A stretch of DNA of 64,000 bases from Escherichia phage phiWec190: sequence record LC739539.1, one strand, 5' to 3'. The notes below the pieces were generated by a model, which did not search any database, was not told where the DNA came from, and saw only the letters and a program-made list of their open reading frames with translations. The stretch's first letter is position 1; every line of letters begins with the position of its first letter. Of this stretch, positions 52,835 through 62,034 are shown piece by piece. A program made the position numbers and the translations under genes.

Positions 52835-53067
52835 TGAAAGGTAACAAGATGAAAGTTAATCAAGTGCCGAGCGCATACACTTTGTGGCTTGCGCGAGCGT
52901 TAAACCAGACGATCAAAGATCCTAAGAAGCCAATGAAGAGTGGGAAGAAGTTTATGTCTAAGGGCAAAAAAACCTTTGGCTTCACTCGTATGTCTGTTAA
53001 GATGAAAAGGCTGGGGTATAAGCCAAACTATGCGCGTTACCCTTCCGAATATAACTGGTTCGACTAA
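52834..53067 (+). CDS. small Lys-rich basic protein
   Basis: Track ORF trimmed to MKGNKMKV...; KKPMKSGKKFMSKGKK. Confidence 0.4.
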   Translation: MKGNKMKVNQVPSAYTLWLARALNQTIKDPKKPMKSGKKFMSKGKKTFGFTRMSVKMKRLGYKPNYARYPSEYNWFD

Positions 53068-53079
53068 AAGGAGAAAGCA

Positions 53080-53553
53080 ATGGCAGGTTTGAAACTGGAA
53101 ATGTTGACAAAGCAAGAATTTGTTCCCGAACATGGTGAAACTTACATTGCTTTCTTGATCAGTGATTTTTATGGGGATTTAGAGTACGTTGAACTGGGAT
53201 GTGAATTTCACTACCAAATGATCGACGCAGAAACTGGCTATTGCCTTCCTACTTCCGCAGTGTATAATGGGGATAACGGTATTCCTTTTAACACAGCAAT
53301 GCGTTGGGAAGGAAAGAATCGCTTCAAACTTCTCACCGAAGAAGAGAAAGAGGCATACAGGTATCACGAAGAAGAGGATCAACGCTTCTGGTGGGAGAAA
53401 ACTTGGTTCCTGTCTGATCGCCGTAATCTCCAGATCCACCCAGAAGAACTGGATGAAATGTCCATCGGGATTATGAAGAAGAAAGACTTCATGTTCCAGG
53501 TGAGAGAAGCTAATAAGTTCCGTGTTGCAACTAAAGAGGAGAACAAAACATGA
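53080..53553 (+). CDS. hypothetical protein (157 aa)
   Basis: ORF track. Confidence 0.5.
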   Translation: MAGLKLEMLTKQEFVPEHGETYIAFLISDFYGDLEYVELGCEFHYQMIDAETGYCLPTSAVYNGDNGIPFNTAMRWEGKNRFKLLTEEEKEAYRYHEEEDQRFWWEKTWFLSDRRNLQIHPEELDEMSIGIMKKKDFMFQVREANKFRVATKEENKT

Positions 53554-53747
53554 AAACATCTATTCGCGTAAAACATGATCCGAACACCAGTTACCCATAC
53601 GCATATGTTGAACGTCATGCAGGGGACTATTACACCATAACACGTAAAGTACCAACTGATACAGGGTTTAACTTTGATGTTATTGCACTGGATGATCAAG
53701 GTGTTGATAATCTGGTGAACGCACTAATCGCACTGAAGGAGGCATGA
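53550..53747 (+). CDS. small hypothetical protein (65 aa)
   Basis: ORF track. Confidence 0.45.
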   Translation: MKTSIRVKHDPNTSYPYAYVERHAGDYYTITRKVPTDTGFNFDVIALDDQGVDNLVNALIALKEA

Positions 53748-53748
53748 T

Positions 53749-53940
53749 ATGAAAATCCGACTGATTGAAAAGGGTGATACCATCTTCGAAACCCGTAAAG
53801 GGGAGATCACAGAGATTCCAGAAGAAAGATCAACAATCCTTGTGGACGGTGTTTTGAAATATTGCTGTAGTGTCTACAAATCTTACGAGAAGGATCAGTA
53901 TGGCGATCCAGAAATCTGGTTTGTAGGTGATGTGTATTAA
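53749..53940 (+). CDS. small hypothetical protein (63 aa)
   Basis: ORF track. Confidence 0.45.
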   Translation: MKIRLIEKGDTIFETRKGEITEIPEERSTILVDGVLKYCCSVYKSYEKDQYGDPEIWFVGDVY

Positions 53941-53949
53941 GGAGAGAAA

Positions 53950-54222
53950 ATGATCGGACATTTCTGTAAGGTGAAAGATATCTCCCTCTTCGAGGGAGAC
54001 GTTGTTAAGTTCGACTGTTTCACCTTGGTCTTTGAAAGATTTTTAGGTGGGGACATGGTGATCTTCAAGGTAGAAGGGACTGTTGACAATTACACAGCTT
54101 ACGGGGTGCATTCTGAAGTTTATTTTCATGGTTATGTGGAAAGACCTCTTGTAACTAAGATGTGGGAGGAGTATCATATAGACATTACAGACAAACGTGG
54201 TGTTTTCTGGAACGTTGAATAA
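53950..54222 (+). CDS. small hypothetical protein (90 aa)
   Basis: ORF track. Confidence 0.45.
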   Translation: MIGHFCKVKDISLFEGDVVKFDCFTLVFERFLGGDMVIFKVEGTVDNYTAYGVHSEVYFHGYVERPLVTKMWEEYHIDITDKRGVFWNVE

Positions 54223-54234
54223 GAGGAGAGAACA

Positions 54235-54393
54235 ATGGAGAGTAAGAACGCATTCGATAAAGGCTACGCACAGGGTTATAAATTCGGTATGTTTTGCCGC
54301 CACAATCCTTACGATCCCAATAAACATCCTGAAAAGTTTCAAGAGTGGGAAGAAGGGTTTTCTAAAGGTTATCAAGATAAGGGGTGGTTATGA
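54235..54393 (+). CDS. small hypothetical protein (52 aa, not in track)
   Basis: Hand-read MESKNAFDKGYAQGYKFGMFCRHNPYDPNKHPEKFQEWEEGFSKGYQDKGWL after GAGGAGAGAA RBS. Confidence 0.35.
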   Translation: MESKNAFDKGYAQGYKFGMFCRHNPYDPNKHPEKFQEWEEGFSKGYQDKGWL

Positions 54394-54701
54394 AAACATT
54401 AGAAGGGTATTACAAGGCATACGCAGATTGGTTAGATAATGGCGCTCCGCCTTACCGACCTTTCTCCCGTGGTGTAGGGCTGTGTAGCAATCTTCGATAT
54501 TACACTGGCGCTGACAATATCTCGATACTTACTCGCTTAGAGCGTCAACTTGCCGATCAGTTTGAAGATGCGGGACTCTCTGCTGCCTATCCTTTCGGGG
54601 AAGAAGCTTTTGATTTATGTTTGGACCAAAACAACATGCACCTTGACCTTAATCGTATTGCTTGGGTAAGAAACCACTTAGAAAAAGGAGAAAACCAATG
54701 A
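54390..54701 (+). CDS. family X, member 3
   Basis: Track ORF trimmed to MKTLEGYYKAYADWLDNGAP...GLCSNL...LNRIAWV. Confidence 0.55.
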   Translation: MKTLEGYYKAYADWLDNGAPPYRPFSRGVGLCSNLRYYTGADNISILTRLERQLADQFEDAGLSAAYPFGEEAFDLCLDQNNMHLDLNRIAWVRNHLEKGENQ

Positions 54702-55054
54702 AAACATTAGCTTACTACGAAAACCTACGTGATGCTTATATGAGCCTCTCAAATCCATCGGTCACTGCACAGCTTTTAATTGAAACCCTGGAAGACCTGA
54801 TCGCTCTTTATCAAGAACCTGCGAAGGATCTGCCATTGTTTCTCGGCGTTCCTGTAGATTTGCCGCCAGGTTGGAGGATTCTGATCGATGATATTAAGGT
54901 TATCCGTCTGATTGATAACTACGATCTGATTCGTGGGGTCATTCACCCTTGTATTCAGGGCGGTTACAATATAAATTGGGATAAAGAGTACCTGGATCAC
55001 CGTCAAGACCAGGCAGAGGCTATCAAATTTTTGATGGAGAACATTAAACGATGA
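54698..55054 (+). CDS. hypothetical protein (118 aa), possibly a divergent family X relative
   Basis: Track ORF trimmed to MKTLAYYENL... Confidence 0.45.
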   Translation: MKTLAYYENLRDAYMSLSNPSVTAQLLIETLEDLIALYQEPAKDLPLFLGVPVDLPPGWRILIDDIKVIRLIDNYDLIRGVIHPCIQGGYNINWDKEYLDHRQDQAEAIKFLMENIKR

Positions 55055-55338
55055 AAACATTACGAGAGTTCTATCAAGCTTACGCAGATTGGGTGGACGC
55101 GGGAGCGCCAGACGGCAATCCTTTCCGCCGTGAATGGGGTTTATGCACTAATCTCTATTTCTTCGGTTATTGTGATGATGATTTGCTATATGAAATGTCA
55201 AAGCAGTTCGAAGCTGCGGGGTTGGACCCAGAACTCCCGTTCAATAAAGATTGGGATGATTACGCGAGAGAGTATAAGGAAGATGGTTCTCATCTCAATG
55301 CTGTCCGTATCCAATGGGTAAGGGATCATCTCAAATGA
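55051..55338 (+). CDS. family X, member 4
   Basis: MKTLREFYQAYADWVDAGAP...GLCTNL...LPFN...VRIQWV. Confidence 0.55.
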   Translation: MKTLREFYQAYADWVDAGAPDGNPFRREWGLCTNLYFFGYCDDDLLYEMSKQFEAAGLDPELPFNKDWDDYAREYKEDGSHLNAVRIQWVRDHLK

Positions 55339-55529
55339 TTATAGAGATTAAACTGGAGTACGCCGGAGCGGTAGCTTTAGTTGCACAAATGCTTGACGCA
55401 AAGATCAACGAAGTGTATATTAATGCTTGGAGTGTGGAGATAGACGTGTCTATGGACAATCAAGCTAACCGTCTATTGGTTGCGGAATGTGAACTAAGAG
55501 GTTTACTTTATAAAGGAGAACCCTCATGA
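55335..55529 (+). CDS. small hypothetical protein (64 aa)
   Basis: Track ORF trimmed to internal Met. Confidence 0.4.
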   Translation: MIIEIKLEYAGAVALVAQMLDAKINEVYINAWSVEIDVSMDNQANRLLVAECELRGLLYKGEPS

Positions 55530-55747
55530 AGATTAAAGTTATCGATGTTACAGGTTACGTAGGTTTTGAAAATGTTCAACTTCCTTTTGTTGTTGAAGCA
55601 CACCTTTTCAGCGATGATTTGCAAACATTCTTCGTTTCCCAAGAGGAGATGGCTAAAGTGGAAGGTTGTGAGATCCTGGAAGATGATGTTTGGGAAGGTT
55701 GCGACTATGTATTCTTCTCTTGGGATGTGGAAGTGATCGAGGAATAA
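55526..55747 (+). CDS. small hypothetical protein, paralog of 50469..50699
   Basis: Shared motifs. Confidence 0.45.
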   Translation: MKIKVIDVTGYVGFENVQLPFVVEAHLFSDDLQTFFVSQEEMAKVEGCEILEDDVWEGCDYVFFSWDVEVIEE

Positions 55748-55751
55748 CGCG

Positions 55752-55907
55752 ATGACAGTACAAGAAGCTATGAAACTTACAGATAAAGAGTTGATAGCCC
55801 TTGGTAGAGAAGAACTCCAAAAGTGGTCAACAGCTTACGTCCACTTCCAGTCTACACGAGAGTTTGCCTTAAGGTGTAAAGAATTAATTAATCAAGCAGA
55901 AGGATAG
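55752..55907 (+). CDS. small hypothetical protein (51 aa, not in track)
   Basis: Hand-read MTVQEAMKLTDKELIALGREELQKWSTAYVHFQSTREFALRCKELINQAEG. Confidence 0.35.
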   Translation: MTVQEAMKLTDKELIALGREELQKWSTAYVHFQSTREFALRCKELINQAEG

Positions 55908-55910
55908 GAA

Positions 55911-56123
55911 ATGTCTTACTTTACAAGAGTTATTTCGTTGTGTGAAAAGCAATATGAGAGTGATTATGGGCTTTTTGATGTTCCTCTGGACCTAACAGGG
56001 TATTGTTCATGTGGGAATAAGTTGAAAGAAGCCTTGATTTACGCAGAATGTAGTGATAATCTTGTTAAAGTGAAAGTGTGCAGGAAGTGTCACTCGATTC
56101 TTCCTGCTTCTATGAATAAGTGA
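55911..56123 (+). CDS. small zinc-ribbon-like protein
   Basis: 70 aa; CSCGNK...CRKCHS. Confidence 0.45.
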   Translation: MSYFTRVISLCEKQYESDYGLFDVPLDLTGYCSCGNKLKEALIYAECSDNLVKVKVCRKCHSILPASMNK

Positions 56124-56204
56124 GAATGTGGTATGATAGAGACTATTATTTTCGTTGTCCTGATTATTATTTTAGGTTTCTTAATGTACGAGTAGGAGGT
56201 TTAA

Positions 56205-56651
56205 ATGAGTAAAGTGAAACATTATGGTGTAAATCCCAACGACGCTTGGCTTATGTGTTCGGATGATCCGACAGAAGGGACATATGTGAAGTATGAAGAT
56301 TATGAAACCCTGTCGAAGGCAGTGATCGCACTGTTAACAGATATTCGCTCCCGTTATCCAGGGCAAGACTTCACTTGTCCACATATTCAGCTTCTTGCCC
56401 TTCTGGTGGAAGGGGAGGAACAAGTGGAAGATGGCTTCAAGCGTGTAGAGTATCAAGGTGAAACTTTAGATGTGCCAGAGTTTGTCAATTACATCGCAAC
56501 AGACTCAAGTGGTGATCGCTATGGCTACAGCCATAAGCCGGAGGTTCCTGATTGGATTCATGCTTGGCGTACTTCTGTTAGTACCTCAGACTATTACTTC
56601 CTTGGCGTGGGTAGCAGTAAAGATTGGCGTGATTCCTTGGTTCAGGTTTAA
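56205..56651 (+). CDS. hypothetical protein (148 aa)
   Basis: ORF track; RBS GGAGG. Confidence 0.5.
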   Translation: MSKVKHYGVNPNDAWLMCSDDPTEGTYVKYEDYETLSKAVIALLTDIRSRYPGQDFTCPHIQLLALLVEGEEQVEDGFKRVEYQGETLDVPEFVNYIATDSSGDRYGYSHKPEVPDWIHAWRTSVSTSDYYFLGVGSSKDWRDSLVQV

Positions 56652-56655
56652 TACT

Positions 56656-56937
56656 ATGAAAGAAACATTACCAGCAGCATATCGTCTGAATGATGAACGT
56701 GTTTGGGAGTGGACTGACGTTTCTTGTTTTTACCCTGAAATAGTTCAGTATTGGCGAGCAAAAGGGTGTGTTGTAGTTATCAATCCTTGTGGACCAGTAG
56801 ATGAAGATTGCCTCTACTTGGATGGAAAGTGGCATAGCTATTGTCGCTGGCCTTTTGAGTGGATGCTTAACGAAGATCTCCCAGAGGGTTGGGAGTATCC
56901 CAAAGCAAAGGAGAGAAAGAATGTCTTACGGAAATAA
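56656..56937 (+). CDS. hypothetical protein (93 aa)
   Basis: In-frame tail of track ORF 56470..56937 from MKETLPAAY... Confidence 0.4.
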   Translation: MKETLPAAYRLNDERVWEWTDVSCFYPEIVQYWRAKGCVVVINPCGPVDEDCLYLDGKWHSYCRWPFEWMLNEDLPEGWEYPKAKERKNVLRK

Positions 56938-57166
56938 AACCCGTTTATTCCATGTAGTACGTTTCCTGGATACAAAGAAAGAATACCTTCTGCCTTTCAT
57001 TACCGAACCGGATCAAGAAGTGTTTCGCCTTACCGAAGATGGTGATTTTGCCACTACCAGTTTGGTAAGTTATATGATTAACGAAGCTATTGACGAGGGG
57101 CGAGCAATCTCTGTAGGTTTAGCTACGCTCTCTTTGTCTGTAATCTCCAATGAGGAGGTAGAATGA
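56921..57166 (+). CDS. hypothetical protein (81 aa)
   Basis: Track ORF trimmed to MSYGNKT... (RBS GGAGAGAAAG). Confidence 0.4.
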   Translation: MSYGNKTRLFHVVRFLDTKKEYLLPFITEPDQEVFRLTEDGDFATTSLVSYMINEAIDEGRAISVGLATLSLSVISNEEVE

Positions 57167-57687
57167 GCAAGGTATTCGCTGTTTACTGTAGTCTCTCTAA
57201 GCATTCCTTTGTTACCACTGGTAAAACTTACGAGGCTGAATGGGAGGACAAGGAAGGAGAGGTATTCCGATTTACTTGTGACGATGGGGACTATGCGTGG
57301 GATACATTGAAAGATAGTAAGCTGGGGCGTTGGTCTATTGTGGGAGAGAAAGAAGAACCTTTCATTCTTGTTCCTGCTGACACTTCTGTGAACTGGGAAG
57401 TATCTAAGGCTGAACAGGAGAAAGCTACCCTTCTCCGTAGTCTGGAACATGCCGTTGAACAATGGAAGGAAGCGCAGCGCAACTACGATATTTCTCGTAA
57501 ACACAACCGTGTGCTTGAAGCACGTATAGAATTGCTGGCTCTTAGTTTGCGAAGCCTTATTCTCACTATTGAGCAAGGACTTTCCAGTCCTGATGGGTTC
57601 CCGATCAGCGATGTAGAACACGAAGTGTATCTGGCACGGGGTGCCTATTATCATATTAAGCAAGAATCTGTAGAAGGAGAGAAATGA
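57163..57687 (+). CDS. hypothetical protein (174 aa)
   Basis: ORF track. Confidence 0.5.
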   Translation: MSKVFAVYCSLSKHSFVTTGKTYEAEWEDKEGEVFRFTCDDGDYAWDTLKDSKLGRWSIVGEKEEPFILVPADTSVNWEVSKAEQEKATLLRSLEHAVEQWKEAQRNYDISRKHNRVLEARIELLALSLRSLILTIEQGLSSPDGFPISDVEHEVYLARGAYYHIKQESVEGEK

Positions 57688-57884
57688 TGGAAGAAAAACT
57701 GGAACGTATTATCGAGTTAGCCATGTCTATCGGCTACGACGATTGTTTTCTCCAAACCATTGGGGAAACACAGAGTGATTACGACTCTTGGGTGAAAGAG
57801 TTGGAAGAACTCAAAACTTCCTTGATTGCTGACTTTGCTGAAGCAGAGGATAAAGCAGATCGTTACAACTATCTGTGTCGATAA
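57684..57884 (+). CDS. small acidic protein (66 aa)
   Basis: ORF track. Confidence 0.45.
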   Translation: MMEEKLERIIELAMSIGYDDCFLQTIGETQSDYDSWVKELEELKTSLIADFAEAEDKADRYNYLCR

Positions 57885-57887
57885 AGC

Positions 57888-57915
57888 TTGACACCTGATT
57901 TCTGTATGGTATGCT
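57888..57915 (+). promoter_or_regulatory. sigma70-like promoter (extended -10)
   Basis: TTGACA 57888-93, 16 nt, TGgTATGCT. Confidence 0.4.
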
Positions 57916-57944
57916 TACCACATCAAGACAATAAGGAGAGAAAA

Positions 57945-58289
57945 ATGACTAAACTTTTGTGCGTATCATCTTCCGTTCCATATTTCACTGTTGGTAAGCA
58001 ATACCCTGTGACAAATACGGACGAGGATGTAGATTACTACTGGATCAATAGTGATGACGGAACAGATTGTGTTATTGAGTTGAGAATGGGGTGCGCCACT
58101 TTTGAGGTGGTAGCTGAAGATGTGATGCGTCTCTTCGAAATCCGATATACAAAAGATAACGGCAGTATTAAAACTTATCAGATCCCAGCCCTTTCTATCT
58201 ACGACGCATGTGTACGTTTGGGTCAGATTTACGGGGATGATAAATACTACCGTGACGATGTGTCCATTCATGTGGTAGAGGTGGTGTAA
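57945..58289 (+). CDS. hypothetical protein (114 aa)
   Basis: Track ORF 57888..58289 begins on the -35 TTG; trimmed to MTKLLCV... after AAGGAGAG RBS. Confidence 0.45.
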   Translation: MTKLLCVSSSVPYFTVGKQYPVTNTDEDVDYYWINSDDGTDCVIELRMGCATFEVVAEDVMRLFEIRYTKDNGSIKTYQIPALSIYDACVRLGQIYGDDKYYRDDVSIHVVEVV

Positions 58290-58290
58290 C

Positions 58291-58542
58291 ATGAATAAAG
58301 ATCGGTTTCTTTCTTTAGTCGCGGAAGCGCCTTTTGATGTTGTTGGGGTCAGATTATGGAAAGACAGAAACTACGGGTTAGATGTTCAAACATATTCTCT
58401 TTGGTTGGTCGGGGAGCACAGTTTAGATGAAAGCTTGTGCATGGGTATGGATACTCTTTCCCTTTGTTCAAAGTTTAGAAGCTTAGAACGCGCAAACAAA
58501 GAGCAAGAAAAACTGACGAGGTGGCTAAATGAAAACAAGTAA
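58291..58542 (+). CDS. small hypothetical protein (83 aa)
   Basis: ORF track. Confidence 0.45.
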   Translation: MNKDRFLSLVAEAPFDVVGVRLWKDRNYGLDVQTYSLWLVGEHSLDESLCMGMDTLSLCSKFRSLERANKEQEKLTRWLNENK

Positions 58543-58855
58543 AGATCTGATGAAGTTTTACAAAAAGTACCTTGCCTGGATCGAAGATGGTGCCCCTTAC
58601 GGTAGACCGTTTCTGCCAAATTGTGGTTTGTGTGCCAATTTGTTCGATTACGTGCACAGAGATAATTACAATCCTATTATAACAACCTTATCAGATGAAA
58701 TGCACGCGCAGTTCCACTATAAAGGGTTGAGTCAAGAACTCCCTTTCAATGAGAACTATGATGCATATGTTTTAGAGTCAGACGCAGATGCCTGTCACCT
58801 GAACGTGGACAGGATTAATTGGGTGAGAGATCGTATTGCAGAGGAGGATGAATAA
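58529..58855 (+). CDS. family X, member 5
   Basis: FYKKYLAWIEDGAP...GLCANL...LPFN...HLNVDRINWV. Confidence 0.55.
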   Translation: MKTSKDLMKFYKKYLAWIEDGAPYGRPFLPNCGLCANLFDYVHRDNYNPIITTLSDEMHAQFHYKGLSQELPFNENYDAYVLESDADACHLNVDRINWVRDRIAEEDE

Positions 58856-59082
58856 TGGCTGCTTATAATTGGTATGAACTTGAAGCTGTTTGTCAGTTTT
58901 ATGATTCAATAGTGTTGCGCGACCCGATCTGTCAAGAATTGAGTCGTCGTGCAAGTGCATTGGCGATCAATGTTAAAGTGCATGATTGGAACGCAGATCT
59001 GGAAAAAGAATTGGAATTCCTTTTGGAAACAACCCGTGTCTTCCGTAAAGTGTTCCCTGAATGGTTTGAGATGGAGGAATAA
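58855..59082 (+). CDS. small hypothetical protein (75 aa)
   Basis: ORF track. Confidence 0.45.
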   Translation: MAAYNWYELEAVCQFYDSIVLRDPICQELSRRASALAINVKVHDWNADLEKELEFLLETTRVFRKVFPEWFEMEE

Positions 59083-59084
59083 GC

Positions 59085-59297
59085 ATGTGGATTGTCCGTC
59101 TTAAGTATGATGGCAAGTTTCCGTGGGAGAAAGATGTTTGTGCCTGTGATTCGGCAGCACATGCCAAAGCAGCGGGTCAGGCAGTAGTTGACATATATAA
59201 CAACACTTCCGTTGATCCAGAAATGGGAGGTGTTACAATGAGCATGTTCACTTACTATTCTTTTGAGGTTTACTATCACGAAGGAGAGTGGAAATGA
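59085..59297 (+). CDS. small hypothetical protein (70 aa)
   Basis: ORF track. Confidence 0.45.
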   Translation: MWIVRLKYDGKFPWEKDVCACDSAAHAKAAGQAVVDIYNNTSVDPEMGGVTMSMFTYYSFEVYYHEGEWK

Positions 59298-59614
59298 GCG
59301 AAGAACTATTAACATTTTACCGCACGTATTTGGCATGGTTGGAAGCTGGTGCTCCTGAAGGTAAACCGTTCACCCGTTGCACAGGTTTGTGCACGAACCT
59401 CTATGATTTTTACGATATGGGAGAAAGCGAACGATACGAACCTGTACTGGATGAAATGCATGAGCAGTTCTACCACAAAGATTTGGTTATGGTGTTGCCT
59501 TTCAATAGTAATTTTGGAAAGTACACCTTAGAAGCGGAAAAAAGCCGTTGTCATTTGAATGTGGATCGTGTGAACTGGGTAAAAGAACGTGTAGCAGAAG
59601 AAATAATTGGTTGA
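59288..59614 (+). CDS. family X, member 6
   Basis: FYRTYLAWLEAGAP...GLCTNL...LPFN...HLNVDRVNWV. Confidence 0.55.
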   Translation: MEMSEELLTFYRTYLAWLEAGAPEGKPFTRCTGLCTNLYDFYDMGESERYEPVLDEMHEQFYHKDLVMVLPFNSNFGKYTLEAEKSRCHLNVDRVNWVKERVAEEIIG

Positions 59615-59639
59615 CAGAAGGATCTGTCTTTGGCATAAT
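59611..59639 (+). promoter_or_regulatory. sigma70-like promoter with inverted repeat GACAGA-AGGA-TCTGTC over -35/spacer
   Basis: TTGACA 59611-16, 17 nt, CATAAT 59634-39. Confidence 0.5.
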
Positions 59640-59668
59640 CATCTCATCGAAACAGAGAGGAGAAAATC

Positions 59669-60223
59669 ATGAAACAGTTTATCTGCACCCGTTCCACCAA
59701 CAGCGATATCCAGAGAGGCAAGGTTATCAAAGGAGAACTCTTCCACGCAAATGGTAAGAAATACATTTTGCTGAAGGACTCTTTCAACGGGGAACTTCCA
59801 CGTTGCACCTTCTTCAACTACAACACCACGTTTGCTTTAGAGGGAGATGTTTGGGAGTGGGCTGAACTTCATCCTTTTTACGAAGAAGAGCAGGAAGAAG
59901 GTCAGGAAGCGTATGTGGGAAGTTTACGTGATAAACTGCGTAATAAAGCACTGCAAGCAAATTCTCATTTTACAGAGATGGTAGACTCCGTTCTGTTAGA
60001 GATCGAAGATTGTGCGGAGCAAGGGAAGTTTGAAAAATACTTTGAACCTTCCAGTTTTGGTTTGTGCAATAGCCCTTCTTCTTATGAGCAGATAAGTGAA
60101 CAGAAAAGAGGGGTAAATGTTGTAGCTACAATGTTACGTGCAAAAGGTTTGGATGTAACGTTGGCAAACGCAGAGCACAGTATTTTTGGGATTATCAAAC
60201 ACATCATTATAAGTTGGAACTAA
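59669..60223 (+). CDS. hypothetical protein (184 aa)
   Basis: ORF track. Confidence 0.5.
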   Translation: MKQFICTRSTNSDIQRGKVIKGELFHANGKKYILLKDSFNGELPRCTFFNYNTTFALEGDVWEWAELHPFYEEEQEEGQEAYVGSLRDKLRNKALQANSHFTEMVDSVLLEIEDCAEQGKFEKYFEPSSFGLCNSPSSYEQISEQKRGVNVVATMLRAKGLDVTLANAEHSIFGIIKHIIISWN

Positions 60224-60235
60224 GAGGAGATAAAA

Positions 60236-60451
60236 ATGCAAATCGAAGAGTCGGAAGAAGAACTGATGTTCATGGGTTTGAATATGTATCGTGTAGATTA
60301 CACCATGTGTGGTGTGGAATACTCTGTCCGAGTGGGAGCTTCGTCCAAATTCCAAGCCCCTTTCCGAGCAGGTCTTATCTTAGGGACTTGTCTTGCAAAC
60401 ATTGATGATGTGCAGATCCAGAGAGTAGTACTGGAAGCAGAAAACATTTGA
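60236..60451 (+). CDS. small hypothetical protein (71 aa)
   Basis: ORF track. Confidence 0.45.
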   Translation: MQIEESEEELMFMGLNMYRVDYTMCGVEYSVRVGASSKFQAPFRAGLILGTCLANIDDVQIQRVVLEAENI

Positions 60452-60476
60452 CAGAGAGTGTCAGACATATTATAGT
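60448..60476 (+). promoter_or_regulatory. sigma70-like promoter with inverted repeat TGACA-GAGAG-TGTCA over -35
   Basis: TTGACA 60448-53, 17 nt, TATAGT 60471-76. Confidence 0.5.
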
Positions 60477-60506
60477 GATTGCATCAACAACAAGAGGAGA
60501 GAGAAC

Positions 60507-60821
60507 ATGCAAATAGAAGAATTAGAAGTGATCCTGAAAGCGGCTGTTGAGAAAGGTGCAATCGCTAAGTATGAGCGTCAGAAAGAGAAGCACGACACCC
60601 ATTTCGCTCGTGAGTTTTACATCACAGGTGTAGACGGCACAGAAGTGACGCTGGAATGGTATGTAAACATTATGACCTTACATATCGGCAGTTTCGAGAT
60701 GTGGGTGAAGAATGTGGGGATCTCTGATACCCACCCTGGCTTCCGAGTGAGTTTGGATTTCACCTCTTATGAAGGTGATCGCTGTGCCCGTATTGGTCGT
60801 CGCAATTCATTTCAAGGCTAA
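60507..60821 (+). CDS. hypothetical protein (104 aa)
   Basis: ORF track. Confidence 0.5.
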   Translation: MQIEELEVILKAAVEKGAIAKYERQKEKHDTHFAREFYITGVDGTEVTLEWYVNIMTLHIGSFEMWVKNVGISDTHPGFRVSLDFTSYEGDRCARIGRRNSFQG

Positions 60822-60842
60822 CCAAAGGTTACTGGAGGGTTT

Positions 60843-61082
60843 ATGAAAAAGGCATTACTGATCGCATTGTTTCTGGTGACTCCTGCTGTTATGGCAGACA
60901 CTGTGCCGGAAGTTAACGGCTTCTCGGACTCAAAAGTTGTAACCAAGGATCGCTTTGTTCAAACTGGCATGACTGGGGCTTTAGATTACATCATCACAGA
61001 CACAAAGACAGGGTGCCAGTTTGCTATCGTCTATAATGGCGGGGTCATCTCTTTGGGTTGCTTTTCGGAGTTTAAGAAATGA
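60843..61082 (+). CDS. secreted/periplasmic protein (79 aa)
   Basis: Signal peptide MKKALLIALFLVTPAVMA. Confidence 0.5.
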   Translation: MKKALLIALFLVTPAVMADTVPEVNGFSDSKVVTKDRFVQTGMTGALDYIITDTKTGCQFAIVYNGGVISLGCFSEFKK

Positions 61083-61465
61083 AAAACATTCGTGTGAAGT
61101 TTCTTGCCTCTAAGTTTATTAATGTCCGAGACTATTTGACCATAGGTCGGATTTACAACGCCAAAGTAGCAGATGAGAACTGTTTCATTGTCGTGGATGA
61201 TGAAGGATCTGAACTCTATTGTTTGTTCGAGAATTGCAGCTACGGAGTGTGGCAAGTTATGTCGGAAGAAGCTGAAAAGAAAGCGAGTGGAATGTGTATC
61301 CCAGAAGGGTATGTCTTGGTCCCGAAAGAGCCTACCCCAGAAATGTTGGAGGCAGCGAAGGACTGGACGGGGCTAACCCGAACAGCCGAAGTTGTCTATA
61401 AGTCGATGATCGCGGCTTCGCCGCTTATTGGAAAAGGGGGAGGGGAAGAAAATGAGGTCAAGTGA
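61079..61465 (+). CDS. hypothetical protein (128 aa)
   Basis: ORF track. Confidence 0.5.
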   Translation: MKNIRVKFLASKFINVRDYLTIGRIYNAKVADENCFIVVDDEGSELYCLFENCSYGVWQVMSEEAEKKASGMCIPEGYVLVPKEPTPEMLEAAKDWTGLTRTAEVVYKSMIAASPLIGKGGGEENEVK

Positions 61466-61796
61466 AGCTTTACTGGAATTTTATGAGTGGTGGTTGGATC
61501 AGGCTATGAGCCAAGATCCGAACGAAAACATCAAAGCTTGCGGTTTGTGTCATGCAGTGGAAGTGTATTGCGGGGAAGACCAAGATTTGTATCTTTCCCT
61601 CTCTGATGAAATGGTAGAGCAGTTTGAAGCGGAAGGTTTAGAATGGAACTATCCGTTCGATGGCGAGTGGGATCTGTCAGGTTGGATTCCTTGTTATTGG
61701 ATTGAGAAGAAGTCCGGCACCCAACACAAAAACTTCGATCGTCTTGCTTGGGTGTATGACCGTCTGGAGGAGGTGCAGCATGGCGAAGAAGAATAA
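61452..61796 (+). CDS. family X, member 7 (divergent)
   Basis: Track ORF trimmed to MRSSEALLEFYEWWLD...CGLCHAV...YPFDG...FDRLAWV. Confidence 0.5.
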   Translation: MRSSEALLEFYEWWLDQAMSQDPNENIKACGLCHAVEVYCGEDQDLYLSLSDEMVEQFEAEGLEWNYPFDGEWDLSGWIPCYWIEKKSGTQHKNFDRLAWVYDRLEEVQHGEEE

Positions 61797-62034
61797 AATG
61801 GGGCATAGTCAAGAGGGAGAACCGCACTATTTACACCCGTTTGACCCCAAAAACAAGGCAACGATTCATCGTCAATGGGTTGAGACACGTATGACAAAGT
61901 GTCCGATCCCAGCAGCGGAGCAATACAACAAAAAGTATACAGCGGAGTTCATAGAATACACTTTCATCAATAACAAAGGTAAAGAGGTTTACGTTGAAGA
62001 AATGATTCTGTGGATCAAATGGGAGGATGTATGA
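61780..62034 (+). CDS. small hypothetical protein (84 aa)
   Basis: Track ORF trimmed to MAKKNKMGH... Confidence 0.4.
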   Translation: MAKKNKMGHSQEGEPHYLHPFDPKNKATIHRQWVETRMTKCPIPAAEQYNKKYTAEFIEYTFINNKGKEVYVEEMILWIKWEDV

